Below, piece by piece: positions 27,965-41,549 of a stretch of DNA of 64,000 nucleotides. Both the position numbers and the translations under genes were made by a program. Source of the stretch: Octopus sinensis (lineage: Eukaryota); contig NC_042998.1 of NCBI RefSeq assembly GCF_006345805.1, forward strand, positions 114,638,001-114,702,000, read 5' to 3'. The notes under the pieces were generated by a model, which did no database searches, was not told the DNA's origin, and worked only from the letters and a program-made list of their open reading frames with translations. The number at the start of each line of letters is the position of its first letter. Within the stretch, counting starts at the first letter, position 1.

Positions 27965-28629
27965 ATATAAAATACAGTATACATTAAAACGCATTAAGAG
28001 GCTTCCATCATAGGAATCCATTACGCTAGAAAGACCAGTTAAGGTCCAAACCACTAATTAGGGATAAATTCTCGAAGGGAATGAAAAACAAAAACATTTA
28101 CCATCTAATTCCCGGACCATGGTTTATGACTTATTTCAGTAAATAAAAATTATTATTTACTAAGGCTAAGTTTTCACCAGCGGGGACGCCTTAGATTAAA
28201 TATACAAACAACGAGGCCAAACTCATTGCTCGTACATTTTAATTTTTTCTAATCCACTGCGCAAGTGCAGTCTTTTTTTGCCTGCAACAAGTGGATGCCG
28301 GTAAAAACTTTGAACGAATCTACCAGAAATCATTAAACATAATAAATGATATCAGGGTAATAAAAATTATAGAAATGTTTAATACCAGTGGCCTAGCGTA
28401 CAAGAAAATTAGTCAATAGACTATATATTATTCATATAAAATACAGTGTACATTAAAACATATTAAGAGGCTTCCATCATAGGAATCCATTACGCTAGAA
28501 AGACCAGTTAAAGTCCAAACCACTGATTAGGGATAAATTCTCGAAGGGAATGAAAAACAAAAACATTTACCATCTAATTCCCGGACCATGGTTTCTGACT
28601 TATTTTAAAATTATTATTTACTAAGGCTA
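27965..28629. repeat. Partial tandem repeat: ~200 bp direct repeats with a 469 bp period, (TA)n-flanked
   Basis: 27965-28168 and 28434-28629 are near-identical. Confidence 0.9.
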
Positions 28630-28670
28630 TATATATATATTATATATATATATATATATAGATATATATA

Positions 28671-28714
<44 letters not shown>

Positions 28715-28719
28715 TATAT

Positions 28720-29177
28720 GCCCCACTCTCGCCTCCACCACCTCCCAACAACATCACACCACACCACACTACACCATACACCATTACACATCACATCACA
28801 ACACACCACCCACGCACCCATCCCTACATCTTCACACCTACACATACATACACGCACACGCCCAGACGACCAGCCCTCTTTCACACGCACATACATACAC
28901 ACTTCTACACACATGCACCTTTGTGTTGGGGGTCATCTTTACCTTGTTATCTCCCCTAGTTTCCTTCCTGTGTTTGACCCTTCTGTCCGGCACTAGTCGT
29001 CATGATAGACCGTTAGCCACTACATACATGTTTCTCTCCTTGTTTTTTTCTATGTCCCTTTCTGTAGAAGAGCGTAGGCTCGAAACGTAAAAGACTTCTA
29101 TTCCTGAGCGTTATACTAATACATCTGTTTGTTTTGTACACCACCTGTCTTCGTCTTTTTTTTTCGTAAACTCTCCC
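28720..29177 (+). mobile_element. Probable PLE terminal-repeat fragment carrying a hammerhead-like motif
   Basis: Pyrimidine/CA-rich segment bounded by (TA)n on both sides and containing the motif at 29054-29095. The PLE assignment is an inference. Confidence 0.5.
29054..29095 (+). ncRNA. Minimal type I hammerhead-like motif with non-canonical core CUGUAGA
   Basis: cttt-CTGTAGA-a-gagc(gtag)gctc-GAA-ACGT-A-aaag. Stem I, stem II, GAA and the palindromic stem III are present; core position 6 is U. Confidence 0.5.
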
Positions 29178-29544
29178 TATATATATAAGTAAGCTGCTAA
29201 GTCCAACAGTTGTTTCTGGGGGCTCGGAGGTCCATAATAATGCTGGAAGATGTAGTTCACAGAAATATGCAGTCGGTAATGGAAGCAAATAAACATTGGA
29301 TTGATTGAGATCATGGTGAAGAGAAGTTCAGGAATGGTTAAATATGGGAGAGCAAGCAGCATATACTGTGTGTAATATTTATATATTAATATATTAATAT
29401 CTATATATTTAAACTTAAATATCCATCGTCTGAAAATCTTCAGCCTTTACTTTCTTTCTGTTTGCGTGTATGCATACATAAATACACACATACATACATA
29501 CATACATACATACATACATACATACATACATACATACATACATG

Positions 29545-30135
29545 TGGTATCTGTAACAAAACACGTATCACTAAAGAATATTCCTGCTGAATAAAGGAAA
29601 TCTGAGCCTCAGAACTCTCTGCATTCAATAAAACAGTGGCCGACAATGTGTTTGAAGTTCCAGTACTCATACCAGCATTTGGGCTGCTTGATTGGACGCT
29701 TGATGAGATCCGAGCCATTGATGTGAAAATCCGAAAAATACTAACAAGCACACATAATTTCCACAAAAACAGTGACGTAGACCGCCTCTACCCAAAACGT
29801 AAACAAGGCAGCAGAGGCTTAACAACGCTCCAAAATTCCTTTGAATGTCGCATCATATCCCTTCGGCAGCATCTTTTAACCACCAAGTACCGAAGGGCGT
29901 CCCTTGACCAAGTTTGCATACATGAGGCTGATAACACCATACAACTTGGAAGGCAGCTCTTCGAGCAACACTCTTTGTTTGATAACATAGAATACATACC
30001 CAAAGAAGTCGCACGCCTCTACCGCAACCTTTCATCAGATGAAAAGATGAGCCTATGTGAGCAGAAGGCTATGCATGAATATGTTAGTTGAAAGCTCCGT
30101 GATGATAGTATGATCGATCATCAAGGCATGGACAA
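29545..30135 (+). mobile_element. RT C-terminal fragment of a second R4/Dong-like family
   Basis: ORF 29636-30091: VPVLIPAFGLLDWTLDEIRAIDVKIRKILT..FHKNSDVDRLYPKRKQGSRGL. Confidence 0.8.
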
Positions 30136-30246
30136 CAGCCTTGGATGAAAGTTAGAAAACGGCTTTACCATTATTGGCAAGAAATCTTGAAATAAAACAG
30201 AATATGTGCGCGCGTGCACACACACACATACGTACTTACATATGTA

Positions 30247-31423
30247 CAGGGGTTGGACAGAATAATGGAAACACCTTAAAATTTTAAACAAATGTATTGT
30301 AATATGGGGTCGGACAGCCTTTGGCAGTAATTACAACTTAAATTCTATGAGCTATGGACTCGTACAAAGTTTGAATTGTCTCCAAAGGAATTTTTGTCTA
30401 TTCTTCAGCTAAATTATTCTCCAGTTCTTGTAGTGATTATGGTGGAAGATATCGACTTCTAACTTGTTTTTCTAAAATGCATTATAAATGTTCAATAATA
30501 TTTAGCTGTTTGAATTGGTGCATTATCAAACATGAAATATTGCCGTTTCTCGCCGGAAAAGTTCCGCAACCATTTGATGAAATGCTTCAGTAGTCTTGAC
30601 TGTTAATAATTCTGCCATGAAGGGAAACCATTGGGTCGGTGGATTTCCAAGACATAGCCCTCAGAACATCACAGATCCTCCTCCATGTTTAACAGTTGGA
30701 AGAATACAGTCTGGGTCAAGTGCTTCTTTTGGCTGTCTCCACACGTATAGTTGGCCGGTGGTCGGAAATGAGGTAAAATATGTCTCATCCGAGAAAATAA
30801 CAGGCCTCCACTGTTCTAGGTACCAATTCTGTAGGTTTTTTTACTCCTCCACTCTAAACGCTATGCAACGTTTGTTTTTGAAAGTAATAGTTTTCTGATT
30901 GCAACCCTACCGTAAAATCCGACTTTGTGCAGCTCCCGGCGAACAGTTTTTGTGGAAACTGGGTTCTCGAGGTGGTCATTAAGGTCTGCATTAAACTTGG
31001 GAGCTGTACTTTTGTGACCATTTCTAACAATTCGCGTAAGAGTCCGACGCTCCCTATCTGAAAGCTATATCTTATAAGTTTTTTTTCGACGAGGAGGTTT
31101 TTCCCTCTTTCTCAAAGGGTGTCGTTACTTTTGACACAGTACTTCGTGATACATCAAACATTTCGGGTGTTTTCGTTACGCTAGCGCCTGCCATACGAGC
31201 ACAAACAATTTGATCTCTTTGAAAGTCCGATGAATCTGTCATTTTCAAGAATTTTTAATTACTTTTTTCTGAAGATATCTGAAAAGAAACAGCGATTTTA
31301 GCAAAACATGAAGTAACACTAATAATAAACCAAACAAAAAAATAGACTAGTTTTTGACGGTTTTATAGATATTTCAAACTTATGATGCTATGATGCTAGG
31401 TTTTCCATTATTTTGTCCGATCC

Positions 31424-31425
<2 letters not shown>
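30247..31425 (-). mobile_element. Decayed Tc1-like (DD34E) transposon
   Basis: TIRs TA|caggggttggacagaataatggaaac and ttttccattattttgtccgatcca. Minus-strand motifs VIFSDETYF and TVKHGGGSVMF. Confidence 0.88.
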
Positions 31426-31498
<73 letters not shown>

Positions 31499-31579
31499 AT
31501 ATATTTACTTAATCATATCGAAGGGAAATGGAAATTAATAGAAATGTTCACTTCCAGTGGCCTAGCGTGTGAAAATTTA

Positions 31580-33082
31580 TTTCAAAGAATTGTTGGTAAA
31601 ATCCCCCGAACGAGAAGCAGTTGAGGGAGAAAATAAGTTCGGTCAGACGATGATGTGTGGAGGAGTCAGGCTGGGGTTGGGTTGAAGGTCTAGGGAGTGC
31701 TTGAGTGCAAGAAGTCCTTCGTTATTTGGGATCACCATATAAAGACTCTTGATATGAAGAGTGAAGAGAAATTTAGAGGGGCCAGGAGGAAGAGATGGAG
31801 AGCAAGGTTAGTGTCGTGGATGTAGGAAGGGAGAGAAGCCGCTAGGGGTGACAAGAACACGCTCGAGGTATTTGAGATCAATTCCGTGGGTGAGTTGATG
31901 GGGCGACCAGAGATATTGGGCTTGTGGATTTTGGGAAGGAATTAAATGGTAGGGGTGCGTGGGGTGTGGATATTGAGATGGGGAGCGGTATGAGGGAGAC
32001 GGGAGGAAGAGATGAGGTCGCCGATATTGCAGGTCACATTCTGTTGGTAGTTAGACGTGGCGTTGGAGGTCAGAAGGCAATAGAAGTTGGCTTAGAGCTT
32101 CAGCCTTTTAGCGGTCTGCGCGTCACAGCACCACAGCTCCACTCTTGTAAGCCGGTTCTATGATGATGTCTTTGCGGCGTCGGAGATATTGAAGGGCCAA
32201 GTGTTCGGCTGGGGAGATGTTAACATGTCGGGAACGCCTGCGAAAGTTAAACCGGTCCTCAACACGTTGGCAGATGCTTGCAAAATGATCGTTTGCTTGG
32301 AACCAGCCAGTAGCTGGCGCCCAGTGGGATGATCGGTGGCGCAGATCGGTGAGGCAGTCCTCTTCATTAGATGCACATGGAGTGCTGTGGAAAAGTGCAT
32401 ATGGCCTGATGCGGTGCACAAAGCTATGAATATCAGCACGGGTTTGAAATTCGTTACTGGATGGAGAGAGGGATACGAAGCGCAAACCCTTACTGAGACG
32501 AGAGCCCGCCTCCTGAGAGAGGGGAATGTCAGAAGGAATGGTAGGAACAGACCGAAGTCGGGAGGGGTGGATGAGTTAGAATTGGAAAGGTGTTGGAGTA
32601 GTCGAGGCTGGGAAGAGAGAGAGGAAGAGTAAGTGCGTGGGAGAGGAGTAACGGAAGGGTTGGGGTGAGGATGAGGGGAAAGTGTATCGGGAAGGAGAGA
32701 GGTCGGGAGGAGTTGCTGTAGAGGCACCGGTTTGACAAAATGAAATAGAGTGAGTGGAATTTATGTTGTTTAGTGCAGACGAGGAACTTGTGGAGAAGAT
32801 AATTTAAATGGATTATGTAGCGTAGAGTGGAATCTGCAAAGGAAGGTGAAAGAGGGGAGAAAATGATGGAATAAGCGGGTGGGAGAAGGCGGTCAAGGGT
32901 GTGCATTTTGGAGAGATTAGAACGAATGATAGCACGCAGAAGGCGATAGGAGGTAGTACGGGGTATGGGTAGGATGGCTGAAGCAGAGTGGAAAGTGGGT
33001 TGGGAATGGAGGCGGAAACGTTTGGGGATAAGGTGGTGGTAAAGGTAGCAACTAAGAAACTAAACGTAGATAGAGAACCATT
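31580..33082 (-). mobile_element. Penelope-like element ORF fragment (N-terminal region plus RT), degraded
   Basis: NISPAEHLALQYLRRRKDIIIEPAYKSGAVV (typical PLE KPADKG motif region), FLPKIHKPNISGRPI at 31897-31941, SLPSYIHDTN, and FSFGGFYQQ. The fragment stops before any GIY-YIG domain. Confidence 0.85.
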
Positions 33083-33485
33083 TATATATATACATACATA
33101 CATACATGCATATATATATATACATATATCAATAATAAAGGGTAAAATCAATTAATTAATTTAGAAATAATCATTAATTTCACCAAGTAGAGTTCGGCAT
33201 GTAAAAGACCCATACAAGGAAGGTTTAAGTAATACTAATTAATTAAGGGTTAAGCAACGATTTGCCTCACCACACACCGAATTTAGAAATAGCAGTCAAA
33301 ATGTTTTGGCTCTTCTTTCTACTTAAAAGGGAGATCCCAGTAAAACCAAAGCACTTAAAAAACAAACAACGCAGGCAAAAGAGAAAGAAATGACGAAAAT
33401 CATTCTATATTAAGTTACCTACGGACGCACGTTTCGGAATTAAGTCATAGCAGAGCATAAAAATTAAATAATTATGTCTTACCTG

Positions 33486-33520
<35 letters not shown>

Positions 33521-33591
33521 TACACACACATAATGTATATTTATATACAGACGCGCGCGCGCACACACACAGACACACACACGTATATATA

Positions 33592-34843
33592 TGGGATGTG
33601 ATGGGTAAATATCACCATTTTATATTTTTAACTTCATGCATAAACATAGTTTGTTTGGGATTTTGTAGACTACACAGTATCGTAGTTGGGCACCGTCTGT
33701 GAGAAAAACACCACCATGCCGCAATCTAATTGCCAGAAATTTGGAAACGACATACTGTACTGCTTGGCATTCGTGTCAGAAGCTCCAATTCGAACATTTC
33801 AGAGTGAGGACAGTGTAGAAGATTCGTCAAGAGTTGGATGAGTCTAATGGTGATTTCAAAAGTACAGCAGCTCGGAAAACTCACTCTGATAGTTCTGATA
33901 AAAAAAGAACTGAAAATGTTGGTGAGATCCAGGCCATGATTCAGAATAATCCCACCAAGCAAAATGAGGTCCATCGCCAGGGACATGGGAATATCTGAGT
34001 TTCTTTCAGGCAGGTAGTGCATGAAGACATTCGGTATTCCCCATCCAAGATGAGAAATGGTCAATGTTTCATCCCAAGCTCTCAAAAACAAGAAGGAAGA
34101 CCGCGCTACGAAGCTTTTGAACAAACTCAAGCATCCCCTCCAACCGAACAGGCATTGGTTTCTTTTCTGAGACGAGAAAAATTTCTGCCAGGATCAGATG
34201 GTGAACCGTTGGCTTGCCGTGTCCCCAAAACAGGTACCGAGAGTGATAAAAATCAAACATCCAGTCAATATCATGGTGCTTGGAGTTATCACTAGTGATG
34301 GCGATATTATGCCTCGATTCATCTTCCCACACGGCCTCAAGCTCAACTCGGAAGCCTACCTCAATTTCCTGGGGAAGGTAGTGATGTCCTGGGTCAAGAG
34401 AGTGGATGCTGGAAGACTCTATATCTGGCAAAAGGACTCTGTTCCATGCCACAAGCAGGAGAACACAGTCATTGCTGTTTGACAATTTCTGCGACCACAT
34501 CACCCTTAACATCTGGTCACTTAACCCCCCCCCCTACACTTCAACTCACTTGATTATTATGTGTGGGGCGCAGTTGAGCGAGAGACCGACAAAACTCCTT
34601 GTAACACCAAAGATGAACTGAAGGAAAGGATTATGGCAGCATTCCCCAACGTAAACAAGGAGACCGTCCAGAAGAGCTGAAATCGTCTGGCGGCCGTGGT
34701 TGAAGACAATGGCGATTTTATTAAATAAACTATTTAGTATTTCAAGATAGTTTTTTGTAATTTTGGTACATATGTTAAAATAAGATGTCAGTGTTATTTT
34801 CATCTTTGCGTAATTTAGACGACAATTTATTCACTGCACCCTG
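33592..34843 (+). mobile_element. Tc1/mariner remnant of DD37D (maT-like) type
   Basis: Motifs FSDEKNF.Q, HPVNIMVLGVITSDGDIMPRFIF, YIWQKDSVPCH and LDYYVWGAVERE. Right end is ...tcactgcaccctg|TA; the left TIR is degenerate. Confidence 0.85.
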
Positions 34844-34849
34844 TAGGCA

Positions 34850-34950
<101 letters not shown>

Positions 34951-34981
34951 TATATATGTATGTATGTATGTATGTAATTAT

Positions 34982-35017
<36 letters not shown>

Positions 35018-36987
35018 AATGAGCATCTATAAATTATGTTTGAGATGTTGTATAATACCTACATCTATTTTACGAATCTGACATATTTTATTTACATAGG
35101 CTATTTAATTCTTTTTCCATTCTTCATCGCACACCTTTTCTTGGTTTGTGGGCCTGCTGTCATGTTAATTGTCGTTTGAATCTATTTAAAATATATAGTA
35201 ATCTAAACAAAATTTGAACCTAGATGAAATTGATCCAAAATATTTTCTACGAATCTGTCCTCCAACTCCACATTTATCTATTTATTTATTTATGCATGTA
35301 TATTTCACAATTGCTGTTGTTTCGTAGGATTATTATAAGTATAATCACGAAATCTCAAATGTCTTTCCTTTGATATACTGTAAACCAGCAACAAATTTAT
35401 CCAAGATCATAGGAGAGTAACTTCCCTTCAGATACTTATTAAAGCTCTTGTATAAATCAGGAAGTTAAAATATATAAATATATATCATGCATTTTAGGAA
35501 CGTTATCAAAAGAAAAAAATAACAAATTATCGTCAATATTTCTTTTGCCAGAAGAGTGGGTTGTTAATGTTTTTTGTAATCATATGTAATTTTTATGATC
35601 TAACATACAAAAACTAGTAAAAATATAGAAAGATGTCCTGAATATACTACCAGACACGCAACTAATATTGCCATAGCTGCTTCTAATATGAATGGCGATG
35701 TTAACCAGTGTAACAAGAATATGAACTATAAGGATTTATTTAATTGGTCCCGAGACTTGCACGAAAGCGAAATACTTCAGAATGCAACAAACAAGAAACA
35801 GTTCGATATTTCAGCATCAAGTAAAAGAGTGCGTGAGAAAGAATAAAAATCCATTTATAAACATATCATAATGAATAAAAAAGATGCTGCAAATTTATGA
35901 ATTTGGAGCGTCCTTCGCACATATTCGGCTTATCTCTCTACTAACCGCTAGCTTTCATTTACATTGTCAGTGTAGGTTCAATTATTACGCTAATTTCATT
36001 ACTTTCGCGTACCTCTCATAAACTTCCTGAAGGAATATACCTCTCTCTCATTCTGTCTGTCTGTCTCTCTTTATCTCTCCCCTTCTCTCTCTCTCTCTCT
36101 CTCTCTCTTTTTCCTTTTTATATGGTACGCTAATAATTGTTTTGAGAGCTTCACTTCAACTTATTCATGTTCCTCTTAAGGAAGAGAAACTCTCTCATCA
36201 ACACTCCCACTTGTATTTAACCCACACATTCTCACGACATAGCCTCCTTACAGAATAACATGACTATTCATCTATAGCTATGCCTGAGAGCTAGACCTAC
36301 GTCCGTCACGTAAAAACACACTGGTGTATAAACGCACAGATAAAGAACGCATGGATACCACATCAGTGTCGAACACTTTCGTGTATTAGCATTTTTCAGA
36401 TAGAGTTGTAAACTTTAAATCCGAACAGATAAGTCCTCGTTCTCTATATCACTGCCCGAAGAAGGCCGTTTTGAAAGTGTCTATATTTTCCGACGTGAAC
36501 CTACTTCAGCAGAGATTATTTAGACTCTTCTCATCGATGCCCAGGATCCTTCACACACCATCCTCTACCTATCGTCTTTTAATATTCTATATAATGAAGG
36601 AAGCGAGCCGGCAGAAACGTTAGCAGGACGGGAAAAATGCTTATAGTCATTTCGTCCGTCTGTACTTTCTGAGATCTGGTTCATCATAAAAAACCCGTTT
36701 CTCACCTGTCTTAGTTCCCTAGTGACGAGTTTCAAGATCACTGCCGTGCCCCTGCTACAAAGGTTAAGGTGACAAATATATATATATATATATATATAAT
36801 ATGTGACACACACACATACGCACAGACACACACACACACGCACACACACACGCACACGCACACGCACACGCACGCACACACACACATATATATATATAAA
36901 CTTGGAAATGAATACGTGGCGTTCAATTAAATAATAATACGAATAATATAATATATATATACATACATATATATTTATCAATCTATC

Positions 36988-37021
<34 letters not shown>

Positions 37022-37029
<8 letters not shown>

Positions 37030-37400
37030 TAAATGAAAGAATGGAGTCGAACGAAGATTTTAACAGAATTCCTTTACTCTCGACACATATTTCGAAGACG
37101 GCATACTTTTAATTCCGAAGGAATAAATGGTGCATTATGCCATCTTCTCATCAGGAAAGATAAGGAGCCTCTTTCAGCCACAAGACGAACAAAATTTGTG
37201 ATGATTGCCTACTTGGTGACCACAGTGATAATGAGTGTTTTTTTTTAATAATCCGTTATAAGCAATGACGTCAAAAAGGGGTAGAAGGAGGGAGTAGTAA
37301 AAATAGGTATTAAAAGTATGCCGTCTTCGAAACATGTGTCGAGAGTAAAGGAATTTTGTTAAAATCTTCGTTCGACTCCATTCTTTCATTTATTCATATA
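37022..37400. mobile_element. ~380 bp non-autonomous element with ~92 bp outward-facing inverted repeats and a hammerhead
   Basis: 37022-37113 is the reverse complement of 37309-37400, with 2-3 mismatches. A (TA)n tract lies on the left. Confidence 0.8.
37077..37159 (-). ncRNA. Type I hammerhead ribozyme with canonical core
   Basis: Minus strand: ctttc-CTGATGA-gaagatggcata(30 nt loop)tatgccgtcttc-GAA-ATATGTGT-C-gagag. Gives a 5 bp stem I, a 12 bp stem II, a self-complementary stem III and a GUC cleavage triplet. Confidence 0.8.
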
Positions 37401-37557
37401 AAAAACACACAAATTTCCACACAAGAACCCGGAGTTTCTACCCTTGACAGGTCGCTTCAACCGTGTTTTATGATGTGAATTTGCTAACCAGGTATCGGAT
37501 AAACGAATTTTCCATGCTAGGATAATTCATTCACCTACATAAATATATATATATATA

Positions 37558-37618
<61 letters not shown>

Positions 37619-38234
37619 ATATCTATCTATCTATCTATATATATATACAAACACATACGAATTACGAAGTAACAGGGTTAACGTGATCACATTCATTGTC
37701 CGAAAGTCCCTTCAACAATAAGGAAGTGTGCATCACACAGTCAGTGCCAGTGTGTGATTGCATGCATCAGTCGGAACTCCAATACAAGTATTTATCTATC
37801 TATCTATGTATGTATGTATGTATGTATGTATGTATGTATGTATGTATGTATGTATCTATCTATCTATCTATCTATCTATCGATCTATCTATCTATCTATC
37901 TCTCTATTACGGATTGATACAAAGAAACAAACACAGCTAGATATATACTATAGTGTTCAGATTGACGCATGCAATGTCACAGTGGCACTCACTTTGTGGT
38001 ACACAATTCTTTATAGCTGAAGCGTCTTTCGGACAATGACTGTGATTACGTAAATCCTGTTATTTTGTTACTCGTATGTATGCGCGTCAGTTCATATATA
38101 TGTATGTATGGCTGGTTGCATGGATGTATATATTTCTACATATATATATATAATATATATATATAATATATATATATATATGTATATGTATGTATCTGCG
38201 TATATATATATGTTTCTTTGTATCAATCCGTAAT

Positions 38235-38286
<52 letters not shown>

Positions 38287-40507
38287 TTATACATATCCAT
38301 CTCTCTCTCTTCTTTCTCTTTGTATATATATATATATATATATATCTACACATACATTTTGACATGTAGGCAGATTGTGACCATGTGACCATGTTAGCAA
38401 ATGGGCTAAAACATTCATTATTGAAAGTAGTGTATGTGTGTGTGCGTGCGTATGCATGTGTTTGAGTGTGTATGTGTGTGTATGTGTGTGTATGTGCGTG
38501 TATGTGTGTGTTTGTAGGTGTGTGTGTGTGGTATTGCATTCCAATACACATGTGGTGCTACAGAAGAATCAACTAATACCTGAGATTACAAATATCTTAT
38601 ATTGAAAGAGCTGCTGCCTGAGATAAACAGAGAAACATAGTGATATAAAAAAAAAATATCAACTAACAGTAAATCTAATGGTCAAATTCAAAATGTAGGC
38701 GATTTATTACCCTGTTAGTTCTGAATATATGATATACCGATGCTTTTAAAGGCCTGTATGGGTATTTCGAATTGCTATTAATGGATCTTTCAGTATTATT
38801 CTCCTTTCATTCTCAATAATTTAGTCACTTTCTTTTGAGTTTTAACGAAAAGGACATTCATATCTATACATGTGTGTATATATATACAACGCATTTATAT
38901 GAGTATATTCATGTGTGTTTATCTCTCTCTTTCTCTTTGCATATATATATGTACATATATATATATATATGTGTATATATGAATATATATATACATACAC
39001 ACACACACACACACACACACACCACACATATATATATATATATATATAGGTATGTGTTTAACTATATAGTATGTGCGTATTCACTGAGAGAGAGAGAGAA
39101 AGGAAGAAAGAGACAAAAAAGAAAGAAAGACAGAAAGGAACGAAGAAGAAAGAAACGGAGAGATTTCAAAAAACAGGAAAAAATTTTACATAAACATACA
39201 TATAGAAGTGATATACATAACTATATTTATACGCATATATATGTGTGTGTGTGTGTTTGTTTTTGTGTGTGCGTATATACATATAGATACACACACACAT
39301 TTATATAGTTATCTATTTGCAGTCTTACATATATGCTTATGTCCATAGCATATATGTTTATGACTATAGCATATACACACATATATATATATATATATTC
39401 TATGTAATGTTGATGAGCATGTATATATATATATAACAGTAATGTATGTATGTATAATGTCCTGATATTCGTGTACCCAGGCAAAAAATATTTTCATTAG
39501 TGGCTGTATGCATTTATTGAAATCCAAACACGCAAGAAACATTTTGGAATTGATTTGCATGTAAAACTAATGTATACACACAGGCACTGATATCAACAAG
39601 TCTATAAGATTTATACAAATGCACACAATATATATACAAGCATGCAGACGAACACATACGTATACATCCACACACGCACACTGATATACACATACACACA
39701 CACACACACACACACCACATATATATATATATATGTATATATGCATGTATATATATATATATATAATATATATATATATGCTTACATAGGTAGATATGTG
39801 TCAGTGTATATCATATGCGTATATGCATGTGTGTATAAATATATATGTTTATGTACGGGTGTATAAATGTAAATGTTTATATGTCTCTCTATATATGTAC
39901 ATACATATATAAACATACATATAAGCATATATATATATCAGTAAATACAACGATCATACACACAGTTATATATATATATATATATAATATATAATATATT
40001 ATATATAATATATATTATATATACATATGTGCATATAGCATACATACATATGTGTATGTGGGATTTATCGACATTATCAATAATTTCAGCCTACAACCGA
40101 ATAAATCTACCCAATACACAGACGCTTATGTACATTTATGTATCTAAATGCATCGCTGCTGTACACCCGTTTTAAAACTGCCCTCAGCTATACATAACAA
40201 TACTGCCATGATATTTAGAATTATACGATATTTTTCCTCCATTTGCTTCGTCGATTTTATTTTTCTCTTTTCGCCATTTTCTTCTGTTCGACACGAAATA
40301 TTTTGTGTTGGATTACTGAGGAAAATATTTATGCTGTTTTATATAGTGTGGTCCCAGATCTAACAGCTAAACGCGCTAAACGCGCGCGCGCACACACACT
40401 AACTCACACCACTCACACAAGCACATACCCTATGTATATATTGTGGAAGATTTGTATACATGTATACATATATATATATAAATATATATATATATAAATA
40501 TATATAA

Positions 40508-40539
<32 letters not shown>

Positions 40540-40580
40540 GTTTATATATAAATATATATATATGCATACATACATATTTA

Positions 40581-40611
<31 letters not shown>

Positions 40612-40676
40612 AATATATATATATATATATTCATACCCATATAATACATACATATATATCTATATATGTATATATC

Positions 40677-40714
<38 letters not shown>

Positions 40715-40829
40715 ATATGCATATATATATATATATTGCATTATGTGTGTACGGTTTCTCTAATATTAACGGAGCTATCAGGAAACGCGTATGTGTTTGT
40801 AAGTGTAAGTATCGTTCTCCATTTTTAAC

Positions 40830-40840
40830 TACCTATCTAC

Positions 40841-40931
<91 letters not shown>

Positions 40932-40990
40932 CCTATCTATCTATTTATCTGTCTATCTATCTCTCTATCTATCTATCTATCTTTCTATAT
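40830..40990. repeat. (TATC)n microsatellite
   Basis: Direct inspection. Confidence 0.95.
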
Positions 40991-41517
40991 TTTTGTCTAT
41001 TTGTTTACCTATCTCTACATCTATCTGTTTTATCTGTCTCCCTATCTATTTATCTATGTATGCATGTGAGGATACGTATCTCTGTGTGTAAGTATATATA
41101 TATATATATGTACAAACACACACACAGATATATATATATATAATATATATATATATATATCTACACGCATACATACATTGTTAGAGAGATAGATAGATAC
41201 AGATATTGCTTGATAGATATAGATATATAAGTACATATTTATACTATGTATAACACATATGTTTGCCTGACGTATGAGCGTGTAAGTATCTGTTGATGTG
41301 TGAACGCACTCTCTCTACACGCAACCATACGCAAACCCATATTCACAACATACACCCGTATTCGCGTATATATGCATGTGTGAAACTGAACGCTGCCTCT
41401 GTGTATACATTATATGTATACGAAGAGGTTATGCGTTTCTGCTGAAGTGTAATTGTATTTTATGCAGCTCTCGATTCTCAATGCGTTTCATCTTGTCTGC
41501 CTGTCAGTCTCTCCCGT

Positions 41518-41549
<32 letters not shown>

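Noticed and set aside
28026-28050. CTAGAAA-gacc(agttaa)ggtc-CAAA as a hammerhead core
   Set aside because: Both the core and the GAAA deviate in both repeat copies, and no stem I or III was found.
36597-36672. GAAACGT motif resembling a minimal hammerhead 3' half
   Set aside because: It is part of a family-B SINE head, with no core or stem II upstream.
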